From positions 9,777 through 73,776 of the forward strand of contig DATIJC010000002.1 of assembly GCA_035479015.1 (NCBI GenBank): a DNA stretch of 64,000 bases. Reading direction: 5' to 3'. The DNA comes from Patescibacteria group bacterium (lineage in GTDB: Bacteria; Patescibacteriota; Microgenomatia; UBA1400; UBA12028). Both the position numbers and the translations under genes were made by a program. Of the stretch, positions 1 through 8,780 are shown one piece after another. Numbering within the stretch: the stretch's first letter is position 1; the number at the start of each line of letters is the position of its first letter. The notes below the pieces were generated by a model that saw only the letters and a program-made list of their open reading frames with translations, was not told the origin of the DNA and did not search any database.

Positions 1-2
1 TT

Positions 3-1898
3 CCCGATGTTCTTAGTATCCCAGAGCATATTGACCTCGTCATTATCGTCACTCCCGCACAGACAGTAGAGGCAATTTGTGATCAATGTATCGATAAAAA
101 AGTAAAAGCAATCATTATTGTTTCAGCAGGCTTTGCAGAGACCTCTAAAGCGGGAAGAGAAATTCAAGACCGCATTGCTAGCAAACTCGCACACAATAAT
201 ATTGTGCTTCTCGGGCCCAACTGTCTCGGTGCTCTAAACCCACATCACAAGCTGAATGCAAGTTTTGCACCTGCGATAATTTCTAAGGGCGGTATAGCAT
301 TGATTAGCCAATCGGGCGCAATCTTGACATCGATATTCTCTTCGTTTGCCGGGCGGCAAGTCGGCTGTTCCTTTGCACTAAGTCTGGGAAATAGTGCTGG
401 AGTCAACGTAACAGACGCACTGGAATATGCCCTCTTTGACCCACATACGAAAGTGGTCGGTGTATACGTAGAATCTTTGCCGCAAATGCGTGAGTTTTTT
501 GCTTTGTGTAAACAATTGAGCAACACCAAACCCGTGATACTGCTGAAAGGTGGCACTACCACAGCCGGCCAGACTGCTTCCCTTTCCCATACTGCAGCGC
601 TGGCAACAGATAGTTCATTGCTTCATGACGCTTCCTATCAGGCGGGGTTTGTGTATACACAGACGATTGAACAATTTGTAGAAACATTGGTATTTATAGA
701 TACACTCTACACACAGCATGAGTCACTCCCAAATAACCTGATGATCCTTACCAATGCCGGCGGACCCGGAGTGAATTCGGTTGATTTTGCATCGCAAAAC
801 AATGTGCCTTTAGCTGCTTGGAGCAAGGCTTCAACTGAACGGTTTGGTAGATTGTTACCCCGTGTGCACCCAAATAACCCTACAGATTTAATAGGTGATG
901 CATCGGTGGCAGATTTTGAAGCAGCGCTGGCTATCGCAGATGAGGCAGATGAGGTCGGAAGCATTTTACTCATAATTACAGAACAGGCGGTGACTGACGT
1001 TCCAGGACTTACTAAGCTATTGGTAGAGCGTGCAAAGAAAAAAAAGAACAAGCCACTGATTGTCGCGCTGATGGGAGGAGAATCATTGCATAAATATAGG
1101 AAAATCTTGCGCGAGGAAAAAATTACGGTCGTTGAGTATGCAAACGAGGGCGTTGAGATATTTGCCTATACTGAGCACGCGAGACTAGCTCAGTTTGTTG
1201 ATCGTAGCGCACAAATACTTTCAAAACTTGAAAAAAAGTTGCCCAGTGTTCCTATTTCTCGATTAGCATTCCCCCTACAAAATCTCAACATCGCTGGTGT
1301 ACTCACGCTGCTTGAAAATTATGGTTTCACTTTACCCCGTACAGCAATTGTCACAGATGAATTACAGTTACAGGAGTTAGAAAAATTACGCCCCGAAAAT
1401 GTTTTCCCACTGATAGCAAAGACTGGAAATTTAGGACTCAAACACAAGGCAGCCGTTGGAGCCCTCGTAAAAGATATCTCAAATATTGAAGAAACAAAAA
1501 AGGCATACCAAGACTTACAAAAATTTGGTAATCAGCTTGTCTTGCAAGAAACCATTGAAAATGCCCAGGAAGTAATTCTTGGTGGTAAAAGGAATAACAC
1601 CTATGGTACATTTATTGCCATTGGTTCAGGTGGAAGTCTGACCAATATTATCGCTGACCGCGCGTATATTTTCTTGCCGGCTTCGCAGCGGGAAATCCGC
1701 AAAGCTTTTGCGCGGACGAAGATCATTTCCGAGCTTTCAAATGAACAACAGCAGCTTGTATTGCTCGCTATCGAACATTTGATCAAACTTTTCAATGAAC
1801 ATCAGGAAATTGCAGAACTAGAAATCAATCCATTGATGGTTACCGCGGACACCGCCTACGCGGCAGATGTGAAGGTAGAACTTACTGGTACTCTTTAA
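3..1898 (+). CDS. Acetate/acyl-CoA ligase (ADP-forming), alpha+beta fusion; 5' end lies outside the window
   Basis: Frame is open from base 3 (PDVLSIPEHIDLVIIVTP..SAGFAE). GPNCLG, SQSGA, SHTAAL phospho-His region, and C-terminal ATP-grasp motifs (HKAAVG, ELEINPL). Confidence 0.9.
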   Translation, partial: PDVLSIPEHIDLVIIVTPAQTVEAICDQCIDKKVKAIIIVSAGFAETSKAGREIQDRIASKLAHNNIVLLGPNCLGALNPHHKLNASFAPAIISKGGIALISQSGAILTSIFSSFAGRQVGCSFALSLGNSAGVNVTDALEYALFDPHTKVVGVYVESLPQMREFFALCKQLSNTKPVILLKGGTTTAGQTASLSHTAALATDSSLLHDASYQAGFVYTQTIEQFVETLVFIDTLYTQHESLPNNLMILTNAGGPGVNSVDFASQNNVPLAAWSKASTERFGRLLPRVHPNNPTDLIGDASVADFEAALAIADEADEVGSILLIITEQAVTDVPGLTKLLVERAKKKKNKPLIVALMGGESLHKYRKILREEKITVVEYANEGVEIFAYTEHARLAQFVDRSAQILSKLEKKLPSVPISRLAFPLQNLNIAGVLTLLENYGFTLPRTAIVTDELQLQELEKLRPENVFPLIAKTGNLGLKHKAAVGALVKDISNIEETKKAYQDLQKFGNQLVLQETIENAQEVILGGKRNNTYGTFIAIGSGGSLTNIIADRAYIFLPASQREIRKAFARTKIISELSNEQQQLVLLAIEHLIKLFNEHQEIAELEINPLMVTADTAYAADVKVELTGTL

Positions 1899-2745
1899 AA
1901 TTTTCCGCAAGAGAAACCGTCGAAGGAAACTGCGTGGTCAGTGGACCCTTAGCCAATAAAGGCACATCTTCGTGGTATGCATGTTGCGTTACGTCTTCAT
2001 AGAAGACGCCCAGTGGCAACTTTTCAATTTCCCAAGATTTAGTCCATGCTTGATCGCGCTTCGTCGCATCATAGTTTGCGGGATCAAGTTGGTAGACGCG
2101 CTCGTTATACCACACATGCGTATTCTCATGATTGAATGTGACACATGGTTGGAACACATCGACAAGCGCAAAACCTTTATGTGCAATTCCTTTTTTAATT
2201 AATTCAGTCGTATAGGGGATATTGCCGGCAAATCCGCGGGCGACAAATGATGCGCCGGTCGTTACCGCTAGTGCGATTGGATTGACTGGCACCTCTATCT
2301 GACCGGTCGGCGTAGATTTTGTCTCTCTTCCTTTTGGCGTTGTCGGTGCCGCCTGCCCTGTGGTCAGACCATATACTTGGTTATCGTGCACAATCAATGT
2401 GATGTCGTGGTTGCCGCGGCACGCTGCGATAAAGTGACCCATCCCCTCGCCGTATGTGTCACCGTCACCAGCAATTACCACTACCTTTAATCCGTGATTA
2501 GCGAGTTTAATTGCTTCAGCATTAGGAAGTGCTCTCCCGTGCAGTGCATGAAATCCATAACAGCGCAAGAAGTCAGCCATGTTGCCAGAACATCCGACGC
2601 CAAACACCACTACCAATTGCTCTTCCGGAATATTACACTCTACAAGTGCTTTTTTAATTGCGCCCCAAATGCCATAGTCACCACATCCCGGGCACCAGGT
2701 AGGAAAGATTGGAGACTTCAATGTGACATCTGATGTAGTACTCAT
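1882..2745 (-). CDS. 2-oxoacid:ferredoxin oxidoreductase beta subunit
   Basis: WCPGCG, GVGCS, HGRALP and GDGD..N TPP-binding motif. Confidence 0.95.
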   Translation of the reverse strand: MSTTSDVTLKSPIFPTWCPGCGDYGIWGAIKKALVECNIPEEQLVVVFGVGCSGNMADFLRCYGFHALHGRALPNAEAIKLANHGLKVVVIAGDGDTYGEGMGHFIAACRGNHDITLIVHDNQVYGLTTGQAAPTTPKGRETKSTPTGQIEVPVNPIALAVTTGASFVARGFAGNIPYTTELIKKGIAHKGFALVDVFQPCVTFNHENTHVWYNERVYQLDPANYDATKRDQAWTKSWEIEKLPLGVFYEDVTQHAYHEDVPLLAKGPLTTQFPSTVSLAENFKEYQ

Positions 2746-4472
2746 AGATTCTCTAATTCTTTTACAATGTCTTCTGCATAAAACGGTCTGCCGTCATACC
2801 TATTAATACGGTGTTCAAAGGTAATGCCAGTTTGCTCCCGAATAAGCAACTCGCCTTGCCTCCCAATATTTTCTTCAACCATAACAAGCTTCTTGGCTTT
2901 GCCAGCAAGAGCTGCAAACACATCTTTATGAAATGGCATGGCAGTCATAATGTGAATGAAGTTAGCTCTTGTTGCTCCATTTTGATTTACCTGTCGCAGT
3001 ACTTCTTCCAAGACCAGGCGAGTGCTTCCCCAGCACACAAAAGTAATTTCAGCTTCTGCAGGGCCAACTACAATTGGAGCAGGAACTTCTTTGATAATTC
3101 CATCTAATTTCCGCATCCGCTTCTCTACCATTTTTTTCGTCATTAGAGCATCTTCCGTCGCGTATCCATATTCATCGTGCTCATACGAGTTAGTCAATTG
3201 CAAACCATGTGCCTGTCCCGGGACAGAGCGCGGTGAGTATCCTTCGGGTGTATCGATAAATCTTCGGAATGAATTATCTTCTGGCAGAGGATCTTGCGCC
3301 ATGGAGAGTCGAGTATTAGTAAATTCGGTGGGAATGACAGAGGCATCAACTGTCATTCGTGACTCAAGCAGTAATTTATCCGAAATGATATAGCATTGTG
3401 TGTGGTATTTTTCAGCCAGCAAGAAAGCTAAGTGAGTAATCTTAAAAGATTCTTCTAAATTGCCCGGTGTGAACACAACTTTAGGAAATTCACCATGCCC
3501 AGCATGAATAACGTACTGCAAATCAGTCTGTGATGTCCACGTAGGTAGTCCAGTTGCAGGCCCAGGCCGTCCACCCACCACCGCTACGAGTGGAAGTTCG
3601 GTTACACCGGCAAGCGACACACCCTCTACCATGAGCGCAAATCCGCCACCAGCGGTACCCGTCATTGAGCGTACTCCTGAGAAACTTGCTCCCAATGCAC
3701 CGTTGATTGCGCTGATCTCGTCTTCTGCGTGTTTGACTACGACCGGAAATTTTGCTTGCGCAGCGGCCATAAAATGCATGAGGTTACTCGTAGGTGTCAT
3801 GGGGTACGCACTGTAATACTGCACGCCTGCGGATAGTGCACCGAATCCGATTGCTTCTGCACCAGTCCAAAACAATGTTTTTGAAGCAGTTGGATTTTGG
3901 AATTTGGAATTTGGAATTTGTAAATTTTCCTGTGAAAATTTGAGTCCAGCATCGGCGGCTTTGACATTCTCGTCTATAACCGTCTGTCCCTTTTTCTTAA
4001 AAAAATCAGAAATTACTTGTTGTAATACAGAGTGATCTAACCCAAACAGATAACATGTCACCGCTAGAGCTACCATATTTGATGCCAAGCTCTTCCCAGT
4101 CTGTTCACGGGAAATTTGCACCATGGGTACAGCTACTAATTGTTCCGGTTTTATTGACGGATATTTAGTGAAATCAATCTTATCGTCTTGTGTATCGACG
4201 AGTAGCTTGGTGTGTTCGTCAAATTCGTCCAAATGCAGTCGCACAGTATCTTCATTCATGACGACTATCAGATCAACATGTTTTTGCTGACACGATACTG
4301 CATCACCTGCTTTCACCTGACCACTGGTGTGACCACCACGAATGAGGGAAGGATACTCGCTGTATTCAAAAACCTGCAAACCCGCCCGCTGGCAGATTTT
4401 ACTCATGAGAAAACTGGTGACTGCAATTCCTTCGCCTGCTTTCCCACCGATTTTCCAATTTAACGAAGCCAT
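2742..4472 (-). CDS. 2-oxoacid:ferredoxin oxidoreductase alpha subunit (gamma-alpha fusion)
   Basis: GGKAGEG, IRGGH, YPMTP, EDEI, RPGPATGLPT; 4-bp overlap with the beta gene. Confidence 0.95.
   Translation of the reverse strand: MASLNWKIGGKAGEGIAVTSFLMSKICQRAGLQVFEYSEYPSLIRGGHTSGQVKAGDAVSCQQKHVDLIVVMNEDTVRLHLDEFDEHTKLLVDTQDDKIDFTKYPSIKPEQLVAVPMVQISREQTGKSLASNMVALAVTCYLFGLDHSVLQQVISDFFKKKGQTVIDENVKAADAGLKFSQENLQIPNSKFQNPTASKTLFWTGAEAIGFGALSAGVQYYSAYPMTPTSNLMHFMAAAQAKFPVVVKHAEDEISAINGALGASFSGVRSMTGTAGGGFALMVEGVSLAGVTELPLVAVVGGRPGPATGLPTWTSQTDLQYVIHAGHGEFPKVVFTPGNLEESFKITHLAFLLAEKYHTQCYIISDKLLLESRMTVDASVIPTEFTNTRLSMAQDPLPEDNSFRRFIDTPEGYSPRSVPGQAHGLQLTNSYEHDEYGYATEDALMTKKMVEKRMRKLDGIIKEVPAPIVVGPAEAEITFVCWGSTRLVLEEVLRQVNQNGATRANFIHIMTAMPFHKDVFAALAGKAKKLVMVEENIGRQGELLIREQTGITFEHRINRYDGRPFYAEDIVKELENL
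3888..3926 (-). repeat. Heptamer tandem run (CAAATTC/CAAAATC) translated inside the oxidoreductase alpha subunit
   Basis: Minus strand reads aaattta caaattc caaattc caaattc caaaatc and encodes NLQIPNSKFQNP. Confidence 0.8.
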
Positions 4473-4484
4473 AGTGAGATTATC

Positions 4485-5102
4485 CTACACTATATCCCGC
4501 GGATCAACTTGTTTTCCACCCCGCATATGCAGCACGGCTGGAATAAGTGATATAACCACAATCAGAGCGATGATGGGCAATAAATATTTATCTACGTTTG
4601 GGATCACACGACCCAAGAAATAGCCACCGACTGTCATTCCAGTCGCCCAGAGTGCGCCACCAATAATATTATTAAAAAAGAAACTATTGTAATGCATGTC
4701 AGCGATGCCTGCTGCAATGGGCGCAAACGTTCGCACCGCTGGTACAAAGCGAGCGAGAATTAGTGCCTGAGCACCATGTTTGGTATAAAATCGTTGCGCC
4801 TCCGTCAAATATTTTTTCTTGAAAAAGAATGAATCTTTTTGCTTCAGGAGCCATCCGCCCAGTTTTTTACCGGTCCAGAAACCGGCGTTATCACCAAGCA
4901 CCGCACCGAGAATTAGAATAGGTACCAAGACCCAAATCGAAAATAATCCTTGCGAAGCAAGTAGACCGGCTGTAAATAACAAACTGTCACCCGGCAAGAA
5001 GAAGCCGAAAAACAAACCCGATTCGGCAAACACCATGCAGAACAATCCTACATATCCGATTGTCTTGATAAGTTCTTCCAAATCAAAGTGGGGAATGATC
5101 AT
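4485..5102 (-). CDS. DedA/VTT family membrane protein
   Basis: FAESGL..FFLPGDSLLF and ARFVPAVRTFAP motifs. Confidence 0.92.
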   Translation of the reverse strand: MIIPHFDLEELIKTIGYVGLFCMVFAESGLFFGFFLPGDSLLFTAGLLASQGLFSIWVLVPILILGAVLGDNAGFWTGKKLGGWLLKQKDSFFFKKKYLTEAQRFYTKHGAQALILARFVPAVRTFAPIAAGIADMHYNSFFFNNIIGGALWATGMTVGGYFLGRVIPNVDKYLLPIIALIVVISLIPAVLHMRGGKQVDPRDIV

Positions 5103-5112
5103 AGAGACAAGA

Positions 5113-6285
5113 TTATACAGGTACTGATACAGTTTTATCTAATTCTTTGACGTTTGAAGCTGACATCGTCTGTACTTTACTCAATTTTCCTTCAATCGTC
5201 CGCGTCTTTTTGGCTGCATCTTCAATCGTATTGCCGGCTTCTTGTATTTTCTTGTGTGTTTTCTCCAATAAGTCCCCAAATGTCCCGAAATCCTTCTTCA
5301 CATTCCCAAGCAGTTCCCAAACCTCACTGGAGCGCTTCTGGATTGAGAGTGTGCGGAATCCCATTTGCAAACCATTTAAGATGACTTGCATTGTTGTAGG
5401 ACCAGCAATAGTTACCTTGAACTCCCGGCGCACTTGTTCCACTAAACCGGGACGGCGTAGAATTTCCGCAAAGAGACTTTCTACTGGAACAAATAAAATG
5501 CCAAAATCGGTGGTGTTGGGAGGATCAAGATATTTATCGTGGATATCTTTGGCTTCAGACTTCACACGCATGTCTAGGCTGTGTCGAAGCTGTTCTATCA
5601 AAGGTAGATCAGCTTTTTCCTGTGCTTCCACCAGTCTCTGATAATCCTCAAGCGGGAATTTAGAGTCTATCGGCAGCCACAATTGTTTTAAAGTTTCGCT
5701 CCCAGGAAGTTTAACGGCAAACTCTACCATCTCCGAACTGTTTTTCTTTATTCTCACGTTCTTCTCATATTGATCTGGAGTCAAAATCTCCTCTAATAAA
5801 TTTCCCAGTTGTGCTTCACCCCAAGTACCACGGGATTTGACATTTCCCAATACTTTTTTCAAATCTCCCACACCTACGGCCAGTACCTGCATCTCACCTA
5901 AACCTTTATGCACGGCATCTAATCTGTCACTGACTACTTTGAATGATTCACCGAAGCGTTTTTCCAAAGTAGCATGTAATTTTTCGTCCACTGTCACGCG
6001 CATGGCCTCTAATTTTTCGCCGTTATCTTTTTGAATCGAATCTAATCTTCTTTCCACCGTCTCGCGTATCTTATCCATGCGGTCCGAGATTTCCTCACGA
6101 AGCCCTTTTTGCAAATCAGCAGCTTCTTTGCGGGAGAGTGACATTTCTTCACGCAGTCTCCTCTCGTTCTTGTCAAAGTATTTACCTAATACATCTGTAT
6201 CTGTAGATTCTTTTGGTTTATACAGTAGGTAGATGATTGCACCTATCCCGATCAAATTTAAAAGCAGTAAAAGTGTAACGAACAT
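5113..6285 (-). CDS. rmuC: DNA recombination protein RmuC
   Basis: N-terminal TM helix, coiled coil, RGTWGE, PIDSKFP, PPNTTDF. Start set at ATG 6285. Confidence 0.92.
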   Translation of the reverse strand: MFVTLLLLLNLIGIGAIIYLLYKPKESTDTDVLGKYFDKNERRLREEMSLSRKEAADLQKGLREEISDRMDKIRETVERRLDSIQKDNGEKLEAMRVTVDEKLHATLEKRFGESFKVVSDRLDAVHKGLGEMQVLAVGVGDLKKVLGNVKSRGTWGEAQLGNLLEEILTPDQYEKNVRIKKNSSEMVEFAVKLPGSETLKQLWLPIDSKFPLEDYQRLVEAQEKADLPLIEQLRHSLDMRVKSEAKDIHDKYLDPPNTTDFGILFVPVESLFAEILRRPGLVEQVRREFKVTIAGPTTMQVILNGLQMGFRTLSIQKRSSEVWELLGNVKKDFGTFGDLLEKTHKKIQEAGNTIEDAAKKTRTIEGKLSKVQTMSASNVKELDKTVSVPV

Positions 6286-6322
6286 GACACTTACAATACC
6301 AGAAAATACCTCTAACGCCAAA

Positions 6323-6544
6323 TTACTTCACGAAGATAAAACGTGGGACGGTTTTTCCATCAATAATTACGTCTTCTTGAAACATTTTAAGTGGCCGGAC
6401 CCACAGCTTACTTAACTCGTTTTCGTACAAACATTCATAGACCACCAAGTCTTCTTTTGTCTCACTATGTTTAGCTACGCCAATAACATGGTACAAATTT
6501 CCAGTCTTTGAATGTTTATAAATTCCTAATTTCAATTGGCTCAT
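6323..6544 (-). CDS. DUF1653 family protein
   Basis: GIYKHSKTGNLY..AKHSET..VVY..LWVRP..MF..PRF pattern. Start at ATG 6544 because the longer ORF runs into RNase P RNA. Confidence 0.85.
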   Translation of the reverse strand: MSQLKLGIYKHSKTGNLYHVIGVAKHSETKEDLVVYECLYENELSKLWVRPLKMFQEDVIIDGKTVPRFIFVK

Positions 6545-6553
6545 ATTTTTTGT

Positions 6554-6861
6554 GCTTGGGTATCTGTAAGCCAGATTCTGTATTTGTGCAATCATTTCTC
6601 TAATGCCTGCATCATTATCACCTTCATCCCCGCTTGCGCGAGAAATCTCGGGGAAGCATCCAATGTGGTGAAGTTCGTCAGTTGCAGCGGGGAGGATTGC
6701 CCGTTTCACTCCCACTAAAGGGATTCGTCACTGTTGCTCTTACTGTCCCCCGACTTTCGTCAAGGTCCTCCGTATTAATAGGAGCACCCTGCTTCCTGCT
6801 GTCTGGACTTTCCTCCCCACGTCGCATAAAGCTATGTGGGGCGATTGCCCGATACCCAAGC
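6554..6861 (-). ncRNA. rnpB: RNase P RNA (compact, about 308 nt)
   Basis: Minus strand has GAGGAAAGTCC near the 5' end, ACAGAATCTGGCTTA near the 3' end, and a P1 helix GCTTGGGTATC/GATACCCAAGC. Confidence 0.95.
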
Positions 6862-6899
6862 CTTTGTATTATACCGCCTATTCGTCTACAATAGACCAT

Positions 6900-7586
6900 A
6901 TGGATCAATTCTTTGTACCCGTCCTCTCCCAGACGGTAAACCCCTTCTTGTTGTCCCTGACCGCCTTTGCACCCAGGCTATTGGTAGCCTTGGTTGTACT
7001 GTTTGTAGGTATCATCATCGCCAAGAGCGTGCGCAGCATTCTTATCAAGTTCTTGGAGCGCCTCAAACTCTCTCATTCCCTGGAAAACACACCACTCATG
7101 TCATTCGTGAAGAATGCCGATGTCACCAATACAATTGAATCAGTAATTGGAAAAACTGCCTACTGGCTGATCATGTTAGTCGTAATTGAGATCGTGGTAT
7201 CCCTACTTGGTATTACTGCAGCTGCCGATCTGCTCAATAAGATCCTCTCATTTGTACCAAACGTATTCTCGGCAATCTTTATTTTGTTCCTAGGTACGTT
7301 CCTGGCGGGAATCGCTGAATCAGTTGTCAAAGGTGCTGTGCGCACTATTGACGGGCATAGTTCACTGTTTCTTGGTAAGGCAACCAGTTATCTCATTTTG
7401 ATCCTCGCCACTATGATTGCCATCAGCGAACTTGGCATCGCGGCGCAATTTATCACTACTCTGTTTACCGGCTTTGTCATCGCGCTAGCATTGGCCTTTG
7501 GCCTAGCGTTTGGACTGGGCAGTAAAGACACTGTCAACCGTCTCATGACTGACTGGTATGATCGCATGAAGCGGGAAGAAAAATAA
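6900..7586 (+). CDS. TM-helix repeat, small-conductance mechanosensitive channel-related membrane protein (CmpX-like)
   Basis: Two P(R/N)xxxAxxxL helix repeats and a C-terminal ALAFGLAFGLG. TACAAT lies 7 nt upstream of ATG 6900. Confidence 0.75.
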   Translation: MDQFFVPVLSQTVNPFLLSLTAFAPRLLVALVVLFVGIIIAKSVRSILIKFLERLKLSHSLENTPLMSFVKNADVTNTIESVIGKTAYWLIMLVVIEIVVSLLGITAAADLLNKILSFVPNVFSAIFILFLGTFLAGIAESVVKGAVRTIDGHSSLFLGKATSYLILILATMIAISELGIAAQFITTLFTGFVIALALAFGLAFGLGSKDTVNRLMTDWYDRMKREEK

Positions 7587-7589
7587 GTT

Positions 7590-8009
7590 TTATTCACGCG
7601 GAATGTGTATCGCTTCCAGCCAAAATGTTAGTTTTGGTTCCAAAGGAACAGACTGTAAAACTTCGGCAATTTCCACTTCACACTTTTTGATTGTCTCTTC
7701 GACAAATTCAGGAACAGAAAAGCCGGGAGAGCTTATTAGGATACGAGCATGGGGGTATTGATCATCCGCGGGAAAAAAACGTACATCTTCAGTTTCATCA
7801 AAGTATTCACTATCGCTGAGCAAGTTGTCATCATCACTACCCAAATCAAACTGAGTCTGCAGCCAGAGAAAAAAGGTATAAAAATCCTGATCTAATTTCA
7901 ACCAAGAAAACGGATAGTCTAGGATGTCTTTTGGTTTTAAAAATCCATTTTCGGTACCGCTAAAAAGCAAAGAGATCATTAGTCTTTTGCTACGATGCTC
8001 TGGATCCAT
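7590..8009 (-). CDS. Hypothetical acidic protein directly downstream of lexA
   Basis: 139-aa ORF starting 1 bp after the lexA stop; no motif recognised. Confidence 0.6.
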   Translation of the reverse strand: MDPEHRSKRLMISLLFSGTENGFLKPKDILDYPFSWLKLDQDFYTFFLWLQTQFDLGSDDDNLLSDSEYFDETEDVRFFPADDQYPHARILISSPGFSVPEFVEETIKKCEVEIAEVLQSVPLEPKLTFWLEAIHIPRE

Positions 8010-8010
8010 A

Positions 8011-8631
8011 TTAATTCCCGAATTTGCGGATCAAGCCCACACAGCGGCCTTGAATGGTCACCTTGGTCGCAAAGATCGGCTGCATCTTAGAATTGGCTGG
8101 CTCCAAGCGGATGCGGGTAGCCTCTTTGTAGAATTTCTTGAGAGTCGCTAATCCGTTGTCCAAAAGGGCGACCACGATATCGCCATTCATCACCTCCGGC
8201 TGTTCTTCAATGACTACATAATCTCCATCAAGGATTCCTTCTTCGATCATACTGTCGCCCTTCACTTTGAGTACAAAGGCGCGCTTCTTCCCAGAGACCA
8301 ACTCAGGTGAAACTTTAAACGTCGCATTCGGGTCTGTGTACGGCATGATTGGCTGCCCGGCGGCGATAAAACCCAGGAGCGGCAAGTCTACTGCATCAGT
8401 GAGGCGTAGGAAGGTACGGTCGATCAATTCCAAGCCCCGGACTGTCCCTTCATATTTGCGGATTACCTTCTTCCTGACCAATGCCTGCAGATGTTCATGC
8501 ACTGTAGCTAGAGAGCTCACACCTATAGCCGTGGCTATCTCCTGCAGTGTCGGGGAGTACCCGTTTTTTTGGATAAATTGTGCAATGAAGTCAACAATTT
8601 GGCGCTGGCGCTTATATAATGTCATTGGCAT
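8011..8631 (-). CDS. lexA: SOS repressor LexA
   Basis: wHTH (GYSPTLQEIA), IAAGQP cleavage site, GDSM Ser and ATLKK Lys. Start set at ATG 8631. Confidence 0.95.
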   Translation of the reverse strand: MPMTLYKRQRQIVDFIAQFIQKNGYSPTLQEIATAIGVSSLATVHEHLQALVRKKVIRKYEGTVRGLELIDRTFLRLTDAVDLPLLGFIAAGQPIMPYTDPNATFKVSPELVSGKKRAFVLKVKGDSMIEEGILDGDYVVIEEQPEVMNGDIVVALLDNGLATLKKFYKEATRIRLEPANSKMQPIFATKVTIQGRCVGLIRKFGN

Positions 8632-8780
8632 ACTTTCCCTTTCTTTCGTGCAAAGATTGTCCTGCACAAAGTCTCGTTTTCCGAAGATTACATTCAAGTT
8701 ACCCGAAAGTAGAGGGTACGGTCAAGCGGATACTAGTGGATCAATAGCTATCACTATGCATAATGTGGGATAATAGATGC

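Noticed and set aside
3-4472. Oxidoreductase plus ADP-forming acetate-CoA ligase as a novel pathway
   Set aside because: This is a well-known fermentative acetate/ATP module.
6545-6908. ORF extensions and short ORFs across this region
   Set aside because: They overlap the RNase P RNA gene.
8632-8780. Possible LexA operator (two CCGAA words at 8681 and 8703) between divergent lexA and uvrB
   Set aside because: I could not find the same motif upstream of recA or uvrA, so no box is called.
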